Positions 50,407 through 61,899 of a stretch of 64,000 nucleotides of DNA are shown here, one piece after another. This DNA comes from Marsupella aquatica (lineage: Eukaryota; Plantae; Marchantiophyta): NCBI GenBank assembly GCA_973895155.1, contig OZ316892.1:510917-574916 (forward strand), given 5' to 3'. The notes beneath the pieces are model-generated. The model made no database searches and was not told the origin of the DNA. It worked only from the letters and a program-made list of their open reading frames with translations. Position 1 is the first letter of the stretch; every line of letters starts with the position of its first letter. The position numbers and the translations under genes are program-made.

Positions 50407-52505
50407 ATCCAGATTGCAAGCTGTGTTGGGCTGGCTGGAAAGTGACTTTGAAGTAGTACTCACTGACAGCGCAGATACAAACAGGTTTTTGTTGTTGCAA
50501 TTCCGTAACACTAATTTTGAGATTCTGCAATTTGGGGTTGTAACTAACCCTCTTCTGGCTGAAAGACCATTTCATGTAGGAGAAATTTTACGCGAGTTTA
50601 CTTTTGAGAGTCGAAATCATAGATGCGTGAAATCAAGGTCTTGGCTTGATTTGTAGAAAGTTCTTTTGATATCTTCGTCAAATTTGTCTTTAGATTAGAA
50701 GAAGGGTTGCATACAGCAGCTGCCTTGCCATGAACATGGTACTGGAAGGGAATTCACTTTGCTGACAGGAGTCGGTGAAATCAAGGGCATAAACATAAAA
50801 TTTGCCGATGGCAACCTCCACCAGCATAAAACTCTAAGCTATCAGTTTCAGAGTTCATTGACTTGCGGAGGAAGCCTTGGCTCCCAGACTCATGGATGTA
50901 TCCAGATCTTATACAGCTTGATGATGTAGATCGAAGATGAGACAATTTAATTTTGGTAAGGCTGCCATGTACTTCTGCCTCAAAGCGATTTGACAGTCTG
51001 AATTCAACCAAAAAGATATGAAGTTAACTGTTCTGAGCTTCTCAGAGTCGCAAGATAAGATCGTAAAACGTGCTCAAGAGCTTGTGTACTACTCCGGGTT
51101 TAGGGAAGGCTGAAGTTCAGCAGGGAAGAATTCTCGAATTACGCGAGAATGGGAGCGATGCATGCACTGTACACTGCTATCAAGGATTATCGGACAAGGC
51201 ATGAAATTGGACTGTATTTGCAGTAGAAACTTTGCCAGGTTGATGGCAAGATTGAAATCCGAAAGCACGTAAAATAGATTCATTTGTAGAAGGTCTTGAG
51301 AGAGATTAATCTTTCATCTCGTCTTTTTTGTGTTTGAATTTGCTGTGTGACATGTTGCAGACGTCTGGTGGAAATACACCATTCTTCCTTTGAACTGACC
51401 TAACAACATTGCATCAATGACGAAATTTAATTTGTGCATTTTCTTGACACTAGAGTGCGAATCTAATAGTTGTTTTCCTCAATCCCGGACTGTCAAAACT
51501 CAACTGGCGAGGTATTGTACGATGCGAGCAAACAGTGAAATTTTCAGTGAATTTTCTAGTGATACTGGAAACGGCTAGCGAGGCAAAAACACTACTGCTA
51601 GTCAGGCAGACCTGATTGCTTTGGGAAATAAGTCACGATGACGGATATCCAATTCATCTGCAAACTCCCCGTAATCATGGGTTGGTGTTGCAGTTACCTT
51701 TGGGTGAAGCTTTCCGTCCATTGTCCCCATTACCATAATCTTCCCTCCTGACACAACCAAAATCCATAATTCTCTTACTGAACCCTGTAATGTCTTGATA
51801 GAAATTTATAATGCACTTATAAAGTCCCTTAAGGAGTGGATGGGAAAGAAGTGGATGGGAAAGGCATATTTTTCAACGGAGAACATTTCTCAGTTGCCAG
51901 CATGCACTTGGTCATGGCTATTATGTTCTTATTTCTGCATCATGAATAATAGCCATGACCAAGTCTTATTTCTGCATCATGGCCCACGGTGATTTCTTGT
52001 AACAATTTAGTCACAAAAGACTTGCACAGTTTCATGTATAGAAATCATTCACCTTTATTGAAAGGTGACCAGAATACTCATCATCCCAACAATACTTGAA
52101 GTTTGTGATGAATGTGTAAGGAGTGGAATAGGACATTGTTACTGGATATTCTATATAAGCACTACTAGCACTATCTACAACATTAGCCTGGACCTACACT
52201 ATTCTCCTTGTCTTCCTGGTTGTTCGGCTAAACAAACTTGATGGTCACACTACAGTCATGGAAGGAATTCCCTGACATATACTTCCTACTGAGTGTGTGG
52301 TGACTTTGGCAGTGATGACATTCATTTGAACAGCTCTGGATCATTGGTCATAATCGCATTCTCCAAGTCAAAATTGTCACAATTTCTCTCCCATCTTGAC
52401 CTCTTGTTGTTTGAACCATCCCAAGTATTCATAGAACCTTTCTCCTCCATAGGTTGTCCCTCTCGAACCTGTCAATTCACAGCAGGAATGTGATTAAAGT
52501 AAGAT

Positions 52506-53170
52506 TCACACCTCAACAAACCAGAAACCAGAAAGTACTACAATACATTCTATCGACTTACCTGCAAGGAATTTGTAATGGTCATCGACATAAGAGTTCT
52601 TGCTTACCCTGCTTACAAGCAGCTTCAAACCAGAGCAAGATCCGACCAACTCCTCTTCAACAAATTTCTTTGAAACATGCAATAAGGCTTTCTTATAATC
52701 CAATGCAGGATTGCTAGACACTAATGTAGCTGCTTCCATCTTAAGTCTCTGTGTTCGATCATACCTCAGGTAGGCCCCAGTTGAATGGTGTCCACTGATT
52801 AGTGTACCAACTTTTTCAGGAACTCCACGAGCAGCCATCCGGGTGATGAGAGTTGCTCTCCCACTGCGATTGGTGAATACTTCAGGTGTCAATCCGACTA
52901 CCAGAGCCATATTTTTCAGCCACTTACCAGCAGTATCTCTCCCTACCTTGTGAAATTTGTTGTACCGAGCAATCCCCATTGAATTCGTGACGGCCTGCAT
53001 AAATAAGTCTGGCTTCTCGGTTTTTGCTTCAGGTGGAAAATGCCACTTGTACTGCTTCACCATCATTAAGAAGACAATCTTCATCGTAACTGTGGAAGAT
53101 ATTCTCAAACTGCTCCTCTTGGTACTTCTGGAGTGTGTACAAGTTGTTTTTGCTCTCCCTCTCTTCAAAC
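52506..53170 (-). pseudogene. Crypton/DUF3504-like tyrosine recombinase C-terminal exon (frameshifted)
   Basis: FEERESKNN in a second frame after acceptor ttttgtgttcag; then VGRDTAGKWLK, TNRSGRATLITRM (H-x-x-R box with H>R) and ISGHHS...YLRY. Confidence 0.65.
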
Positions 53171-53184
53171 CTGAACACAAAAAC

Positions 53185-55280
53185 TATTAGGAATTTACTC
53201 GAGTTCCCGACTTTAGTTAGTTTGGCTTTACTAGGGTTTGTTGACCCTTGGTTAGTTTAGGATAAGATCCACTTATTTTAGGCCCACACATCTTAGTCCC
53301 CCTTGGGGGTATAGGTTGCATTCTTCACATGTATTTTCTCATGAACCATGTATCCTTCAGGAGTTTCTCCATCATGGTGTCTTGTTGATGTAGTGTGAGA
53401 TTGAGTGCTCTCATGTTCCGCATTGCTGTGTAGTCTAGAGCTGACGGTTTTCTTACAAAAACCCCATAATATCAACAGTTAGGGATCATAGAAGAAAAAA
53501 CTTGTACTCTCATTGACTCAAAATAATACTTACATGACATACTCCCTTCCTGCTTTGTCGATCCAAACAGGTTTATAGATCATTGCCAACCTTGTAGAAC
53601 TTATGGCTAGCTAGAGTTACAAGACCTTAGTACTCCCAGCTAGTGGGTTTTGGACATGTGTGGACATGAGTTCCACTTGTAGCTCATTCTCTTGTGTGTT
53701 TGTGCCTATGCTGGGATGTGTGACATGCAATGTATGTTGTGTAACAATGAGTATGCGCACGCACAATTGTCACACCATTATAGAGTGTTATTAAAGTATA
53801 TCGTGTTGTATGGGTTTGTGGTTTTTATATGTGTGCTATATGAGCCGATAGGATTTAGCTTCCATTTGGAGGGATAGTTATCCCTTGTGGAGGCTCAAAG
53901 GCCTCATCTTTCAATGTTGAGCCTTTGAGCATGAGCTCTAGTGGCTATGGTATGGCCAACCAGGCTATGTGTATGTAACATGGATTCCTTGAAGTGCAAG
54001 GTGTGTTTGGCTTGACATTTGTGTGTGATCGGATTGAATGTAATCAGTTGTGTATTGTTGGTGTCGATTGTGGTTTGGTTCCCGTGAAGATTATTGTGGG
54101 TTTTGGACATGTGTGGACATGAGTTCCACTTGTAGCTAATTCTCTTGTGTTGGTACCTATGATGGGATGTGTGTGACACGCACTGTATGTTGTGACATAG
54201 CGATGTGTAAGCACATGAAATAATTGAAAAATGTAAAGTTGAGCTCCATTGGCTTATTTTAAAATTGACAAACTAGGAGCTGACTGAAGTATAGAAGAAC
54301 AATGAGGAGCTCACCCATTGGCTCAACTTCAGCAAGGCAGCTTCACAAGCTAGCGTAATTGGAGGTTACACCCAGTCTATGAAAGACTTGAAGGCAACAA
54401 AGGAGGCCCTTGAGCACGGGCTTGAGCAGCAATTGACTGGGAGAAGGCCACTCAACAATATGAGGACCTTGAAACACAATGAAACCTTGAGAGAGATGGA
54501 AAGCAGAAGGGCTAAGTTCACAGACTAAGAAGTAGGTTTGAGGACCTTTCAACATTACAAGCCGAGATGGTAGGTACGTTGAAGTGGAAGGACATCATCA
54601 ATTCACAGAAGACTCATAGGAATATACTTGAGTTTGATGTCGTGCACGCTTGCGTGCAGGATTTGAAGACCTGTTGTTTGGCTTGGCTTCTTGGCTTTGC
54701 CCCTTTAATGGGGAAGGGCCAAAGAGTGAATAGTTAATGGAGGCGGGTATAGCGACGGAGACAGGAAACAGGTAAACAGGAATTTTTTTTCCTGTTTTTA
54801 ATATGTTGTTACCACGAAAAAATCACTGTTACCGGGAAAAATGACAATTTAAAAATGTCTCCTAAAACATGTTATTTCCAAAAAAAATTAACAATGCAAC
54901 ATTTTTGGCTAGCTTTGGGCGCTACTATTAGCAGCGCCGGGCGCTAGCAAAAAAAATGGTCGACCGAAAAAAATAAAATTCAAAACAAAATTTAAAAAAA
55001 AAAATTCACCCATTTTCCTGTTACCAGTTTTTTTTCCTGTTACCAGTTTCTGTTATTAAATCTTGTTTCCTGTTTGCTGTATTTTGTAAACACCTCATGG
55101 AGGCAATGAGTTGATGGGTGGATGGGGTGATTGATGCTCACGTCAGTGATACAATGGTTGCATTAGATGGGAGTGCAGATTGACATTCAATCCGCTGCGG
55201 TATCCAGAAGAACAACTTTGCAAACATTCCTTTTAATCATGAGGATTCATTTCCTTCATAACGGAATCTAGGGTGTTACA
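53185..55280. mobile_element. Unclassified LTR-like remnant with an internal direct repeat and a small MITE-like insert (~54745-55097)
   Basis: gtgggttttggacatgtgtggacatgagttccacttgtagct repeated at ~53643 and ~54096; ends GGGTGTTACA; ATGGAGGC direct repeat flanks the small insert. Confidence 0.3.
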
Positions 55281-57137
55281 AGAAACCAAAGCTTTGATGG
55301 ACTAAAAGCTTGTCTCCCATCATCTCCATGGACTGTGACACATAAACTGAGCAATTTAGACCTAATGATGAGATAATCTAGATGTTCTCATTGACTGTTT
55401 ACCTACATTTTAAATATGTTAGAGGACTGTGTGCACCCTAAAGTGAATTGAAAACATGCATGGAATGGAGTGAAAATTTACATTTAACACTATATCTAAG
55501 TTTTCAGTACTTCAATGGCAATGGCAAATTACTCGAAGGGCTTATTGTAACAAGAGCAGCACTCCTTGAAAACATAATTTTTTGGAGCTCCGTAGTGGGA
55601 AAATTACTTGATGCGCTCTTTGTGACAAGAACAACTCTCCCTGAAAAATAGGATCTCTCAACAATACTCCTTTAGAATAAAATCTGAGGTAGCTTTGCAG
55701 CAGCAAAATAAGTGAAAACCCTCCTTAACACAAGAGCGGCATTCTATGAAAAATAGGATTTTATAAAAATGTTTTGCAAATTAAAATGTCCTTTAGATTT
55801 GCAATGGCAAAATTACTACAGTCCGGCAACAAGAACAATACTCTATGAAAATCAAGATTTCCCCTAGTTTCCTTGGTGTGAATTGTTCCACTAGTTCATG
55901 GGTCTTTGTGTTGTTTGCTCCCCTTTTCTTTTAGGTTTTTGCAGTCCATTATAAATAATATTCTTGAAGAAAATGAGTTCATTTTGTTTTTTATCCTAAT
56001 TGAAGAAACTACTTGAGGTGCTATGAGTAATGTGAAGTGCTTAGTCTAGCTTCACATAGTTTCATTGACCATAAAGGCCAGATAAGGTACTCAGGGTTTG
56101 GAGAAATGATGATCTGACAAGTGATCATGGAGAGAAGTGTAAAGAACAATATTCAAACATATCTGTGTGTGTTAGTCCACTCCACCCAAGTTTGGCTTGT
56201 CCATGGGGGCTTCATGGACAAGGTATCAGGCCATCCTAGAGGCTTTATATAAGTTAGTGTTCCTCAATGTCAACATGCGCAGATCTGCATCCTCAATGGG
56301 TAAATCCTGAACATTTTAACATAGGATGGGCCTGGTTTGCATTGCATCTATTAAGCTCCAATGAGTGCCTGCCCTCTAGACTGTTGTGGGATTGTGGTGC
56401 AACTTACTCAATTACCCTTCACCAGATCACCTCAGCTTAACTGCAACTCTGGAAGTTGGGCCTACTCTAGATAATTCATCATTCAATTTGTCTAACTTAA
56501 TTTTGTGATGTTAAATTAGACAGTAATTGGTGGACTGATAAATGTCTTGCTTTCTGAGTATAGCTAATGCTGAGAGTCTACTCCTTACCTTGAACAGCGC
56601 ACAAAAACAAATGGCCATAAATATTGTAGAATTTTTCCATCTGTTCCCTCTCTCTTGGTTCTTGCTTGCAATGATCTAATCATCTTATTCCTTCTATTTT
56701 GGATCAGTATGCGCTATATTTGGGCTTGTGCTTTAGCAATATATAGAGGGGTACACAACATCATCAGTTATCAGTCACTTATAACTGATAACTGCAAAAG
56801 AGCTGAGAGCTAAGGTATTTTTCTTGCACTTTATGTTTTGACACTCCCATTACCATTATTGGTTTGTTGCAGTTTATGTTTTGACCTTCCATTAAAATAT
56901 CTTGGCTTGTTGGGTTTATGTTTTGACCTTCCCATTATAATAAATTGGTTTGTTTCCAAGTTGTGACTTTTGTAATGTGTAATTCATTGTCACACGATTG
57001 ACATGGGTCTTAACACCAAAAACGTCACTATTGGGTGCCAAAACCATCTCCTTGTACCTGGGGATCACGAAGGGATGATGTGAAGGCCAGTAAACACCAA
57101 TTTATGCCCTTAACACCAGACTATCATAGCAAGACTC

Positions 57138-58187
57138 TGTCACACATCACCCAGCTCAATCCCTAGGAACCAAGGTTGAGAATCAGATCCTGTGCTCATG
57201 ATAGTTCTGGTGAGAAGGGGTCTTCATATCGGGCCCGTACACACAGGGCCTAGCGCTACGGTGCGCATATGTCTATACGTATATGGTTACTGTCATAGGT
57301 ATATTTCTATTCCGCCGCCAGAATGTACCCATAAACCAGTGACTCCTGACTGATTCCCGGCTTAGGGACTTCTAAGCCATTGCCCCACCACTCTGCCATT
57401 CCACTCTCAGCAATCAGAGCTGTGACCGCCCTAACCCTCACCCAACCCACTTCAATGCACCCAGTACACCTCTCAGTGGCGCTGCTAGTCCCATCATACA
57501 CTCAGATTGCCTCACACATACACACATCCATGAGAGAAATGAGGTCTGAGAGGAAAACTCAGTTAGATTCAAAGATGTGCACAATAGTTCACTTAGAACA
57601 CTTGATCCAAACAATGGGCCCGAAGGCTGTCTCCTCCAGATTGCAACGTGCTTGCCCCGCAAGCCCCGTGCTTGCCATGCAAGCTCAATCCTGAACCTGA
57701 GCCCGACTCACTCCAGATTGCGACGACAGATTGGACTCGAACCAATCCCGTACTTGCCTTGCAAAATCAATCTTGAACTCAACCTCCATTGCACTTCATT
57801 CTTGGGGGCACGTATAGATCTCACACCTCCATTTCAAAATGTCAAGTTACGCATGCAGAGTTGACTCAACTTCAAGGTTGGTACCAGGCCTAACGGCAAT
57901 CTACCCCAGACTACAATGAGGCCCGGCCTCATGCTTGCCCTGCAAGCTCAGCCCTGGCCATAAATCCTTAGTGCTCTCTACCAGACAAAGGTCGAGACTC
58001 CCCATGGATCACGTAGCATTGCCAGACTAAACTGTAAATGCTCCTCCTGGTGCCCCTCAATCAGTATCTCAATCTCCCTAATGTGTCACCACAAATCAAA
58101 TTGAAATCCTCCCCACAGATTACAATCACCCACACATCACCTATCACCAAGGCTTTGTATCAGGGGAAAAGAACCCAATTGTGTTGC
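57138..58187 (-). mobile_element. 3' end of a third related gypsy LTR (family C), interrupted by family A copy 2
   Basis: Begins TGTCACAC; carries TTCCGCCGCCAGAA and GGCTTA..TAAGCC motifs at the same distance (~170 bp) from the end as solo LTR B. Confidence 0.5.
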
Positions 58188-60795
58188 TGTGATGCCTAGA
58201 CAGGAATCACTCGGCCGGTTAAGTGGGTAAAGCAGGAAGGCACCCTAGGAACACCTTAGTATAGGGACAAAACAAGGAAAATATAAACAATTAGGGGCAA
58301 CCATGGAACCCGGGCCGAGGCCAGAGGTAAGGCTGAGGGTGAAAACCCGATTAGGGTTAGGGCGCGTTAAGCGTCGGCGGCTAGGAAGGATCAACGGGAA
58401 GAAGGACCGGCAGAGGAGAGGGGTAAGGAGCGCTTGCAGGAGATGGTGGCTCATTTGCGAGCACAAACTAGGCAGACGACTACGGGAGGCCAACTATTGT
58501 CAGCTGCTTAGGCAAGCACTCGGGGAGAGAGTAGATACCGACGATCGACCTAAGGAGGGTATGAGCAACGTCAATCAAGCGGCACATTTCTGGGGATGCC
58601 TGTTCGAACGGGCAACTGAGTACATCAAGACTTACAAGGACGAGGAATCAGAAAGGGCAGCTCGAGAACGGCAGGAGCTCGCTCGATTGTGGGAGCTGCA
58701 GAAGACGGCTTTCTTAGGAGGCAAACTCATCAAGGACGAGTTCCTGTGGACGCCTACTTCCAATCAACTCTACGATCTTCTGTTTTGCAAAGACAGCGTC
58801 GTCGGCATCCGAGAGGCCATCAAGAACTGCAACGACATACACTGGGAATTAAAGGGTAGCACGGAAAGGTGGACCCAGGCAACGGTGCTAGGAGAAACCT
58901 CCACGGCAGCAGAGATGAAGAGGAAGGGAGCCGTCAATGATGAAGCCACCCCGGCAAAAAGAACGAGGTCGGCGGCACCAAAGAAGCCAGCCGAGCAGCA
59001 GAGCAGGAGGCAGGGAGAAGCCGAAGAGGAGGAGGTCGATCCCATCAAGGCCATTCCAACCAGGGATGACACCTGGAAGGGCTGGGCGGCAACCCTAACG
59101 GTGGAGGTGCAACTACATTTTGCACGGGAGGAGGATGCATGCTTTACGGCCATGCAGACCAAGAAGTACCAAGGCTTCATGGCCGGATCCGGCTTGGAGG
59201 CCTTTGTAAGATTACCATGGCTGAAGCCGGAGGTACCGGAGTCAGACCTATTAGAATTCGTGGGGTCATGGGAACCCGAGACCAATTGCACGAGGATATA
59301 TGGGAAGGATTTCTATCTTACTCCCAAGGTAATTGCCGAAGTGTTTGGCCTGCCGATAGGCAATAAGACCAAAGTTGATACCAGGAAGACCTTGCCTGAC
59401 AAGGAGTTCCGGTCGTTCCCCGGGCCATCAACGAAGAATGGCTTCTTCCGGAACACCTGCACCAACCCGCACATAGGAGAGATGATCGACTTCTTGCGGG
59501 TGACCATGCATTGTAACTTGCCAAGGGCAGAGATCGGCAAGGCACAGGTCTATCTGGCAGAAAGGCCAGACCCAAGCCGGGACTACAACGGGTACCTCCT
59601 CAACCAATTGAAGAAGATCTTAAAGGAGGAGCAGCAGGTAATCGGCATGGGGAGCGTGTCACGGCTGGGCTATCACATGCCGCTGTTGTGCCGGTATGCC
59701 AGAGGTCAGACTTTTGCCCCGGTACTTCCCCTGCAGGTAAGGGCACCCGAGGAAGCTCCAACGCCGAGGCCGTTGGCTGAGAAGCCTCAACCACCTGTTA
59801 GTCCTACGATCGAGCAGGTGTTTAGGCCCAGGAAGGAGGACTTGCCGATGCAGCAACCAGGCATGCAGAGTCTGCTGAAACTACTGGAGAAAGAAAAGAA
59901 ATCGGCATCGGCAACAACAACGGCAACGGCAACAATGCAGGACACTACTACAGAGGTAGGCCTACACCGGCTCACAAGAGAAAACCCCTTTGCTGGAGAC
60001 AAGGAGAGAATCAGGCCGGAATCCAAGCCAGGTGTTCGAATGTACGTGGGAACCTCAAGCTCCGAATCTGAGGCAGAATTGCCTGAAGCTCCTACCGACG
60101 AAGAGGAGAGGGAGAAGCCGGACGTCCAAGAGGTAGAGGAGGCAGTGGAGGACTGCAGCCATGATAATTCCGGCTATGGGTCGGACCATCACGTTCCAGG
60201 AGTAAGGACCTCTGGCCGGTTTGTCCCCACACTTCCAAGGGTAGTGTGAGGGGACCCCAACCAGCAGAGTAGCCCTGAGTCTCCCCCACCAGATGTTGCT
60301 CCCCCGAGCTTCGACGGCATAAAACAGACGGTGCAGGAATTTCAGGAGCGAATCAAGCAGGAGGAGGAGGCCGCCCTGGCTAAGGAAAAGGATTTACCAG
60401 GAGGAGATTGGCCGGAGGACATCAGGCGGCTAGCCAAAAAAGGAAGCAAACCTCTAGCCACGATTGAAGAGATCCGCAGGACGGCTTGGGAGCAGAGGCC
60501 GCGATGGGCGATGCCGATCACTTCTACTTACTCCACCTACGCTAAGAATAGAGCCATGGAGTATGGTGAGATGTGTGGGGAACTTGCGCTCGGCATCTTT
60601 GGAGAGGAGTTGGAGGTAGGACCCTTTTTCCATAGGGAGCAGTTGGAGAAGCACCAATTAGAAGAAGCGGTGGCTTTAGAGAGAAGCAAGAAGGACGAGG
60701 TCATTCGGCGGCTTAGGAGGATGGAAGCCGAGATTGAAGATCTAAGGGCGGCCAAGAAAGCCCAAGATGAACTGCGGATTAAACGACATGAGCTG
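58188..60795 (+). mobile_element. Family A copy 2: first 2.6 kb of a long LTR (5' LTR or solo LTR), interrupted by copy 3
   Basis: Starts exactly at TGTGATGCC with unrelated upstream flank and no pol/PPT; near-identical to 4841-7454. Confidence 0.9.
58303..60795 (+). pseudogene. LTR-encoded accessory ORF, copy 2 (stop at 60247-60249; truncated by insertion)
   Basis: ORFs 58303-60249 and 60331 onward match the copy 1 protein; the TGA corresponds to CGA (6906-6908) in copy 1. Confidence 0.85.
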
Positions 60796-61899
60796 TGTGG
60801 TGCGTCCCATGGCTCCCTAAACCCAAGAAACCCCCCAGCTCAAGCCGATTCCCGTAGGTTTCGTGCTTGGCGAGTCCGTTTCCGCGGCTTAGCGGCATGG
60901 GACGCTGCTAACCTTCTACTACTACTATTAACATTTTACACACATATACTGGACAGATCCTTCATCGGGTCATGAGATACGTAGCCGGCCTAATATAGGC
61001 CTTCCCTTGTCTTCCCCTGTCTTCCCCTCCGTCTTGTTAGGTATGTTTGGATTCCGCCGCCGGAATGATCCCCAATAGGCTTGGTTAAGCCGCTAAGACC
61101 TCTCTCAGCTCGACACATCCAACTCTCACTCCCCTGCTTACTTTCCTTCCTTCTGTTGATGTGGGCACTCTTCACACAAGTTAATGCGACACACAAATAG
61201 CAAAATGACTCATTCTGACTGAGTCATACCATGCACTTGCCATACAAACAGTACATCTCATACACAAGTTCTGCGAACTAAGCCGTGAGGCCAACTCTAT
61301 TCAGCTCTTAGGCATGAGGAAACATGAATATACACAAGGGTCACTGTATGACTAACCGAGAGCTTCTCGTACTACTTGATCCCAGCCCGGCTGGTGCAAA
61401 CTAAAAACTTGCTAAAGAAGAGGCCCTGAGCTCCCCGCTGCCCAGGTACTTATCCTGGTAGTGGATCCGCCATTCTTTGCATCGTAAGCCTAATCTACCT
61501 GACAGTAATCTACTTGCCCGAATCTACCTATGTACAGCAAGGCAGGAGCACAAGTGTTGCTCCTACCAGTGGAACCGCAATCCCACTAAGCTAAGTGTCA
61601 GGGCCGCTCCTGGTTCTGATCCTAATCCTAAACGTGGAGATCCGCGCCCGCCCTGCCCACTCACGCCTCCTCCCTCCACGTCCGCCTTCCCGTTGATCCT
61701 TCCTAGCCGCCGACGCTTAACGCGCCCTAACCCTAATCGGGTTTTCACCCTCAGCCTTACCTCCGGCCTCGGCCCGGGTTCCATGGTTGCCCCTAATTGT
61801 TTATATTTTCCTGGTTTTGTCCCTATACTAAGGTGTTCCTAGGGTGCCTTCCTGCTTTACCCACCTAACCGGCCGAGTGATTCCTGTCTAGGCATCACA
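60796..61899 (-). repeat. Short 3' LTR (1104 bp) lacking the 3562-bp ORF cassette
   Basis: Matches 4841-5054 joined to 8617-9497 through a single GGGAAG (61686-61691). Confidence 0.9.

Noticed and set aside
56100-56700. Upstream exons of the tyrosine recombinase
   Set aside because: The translation is stop-ridden, looks more like a decayed LINE fragment, and shows no recombinase motifs.
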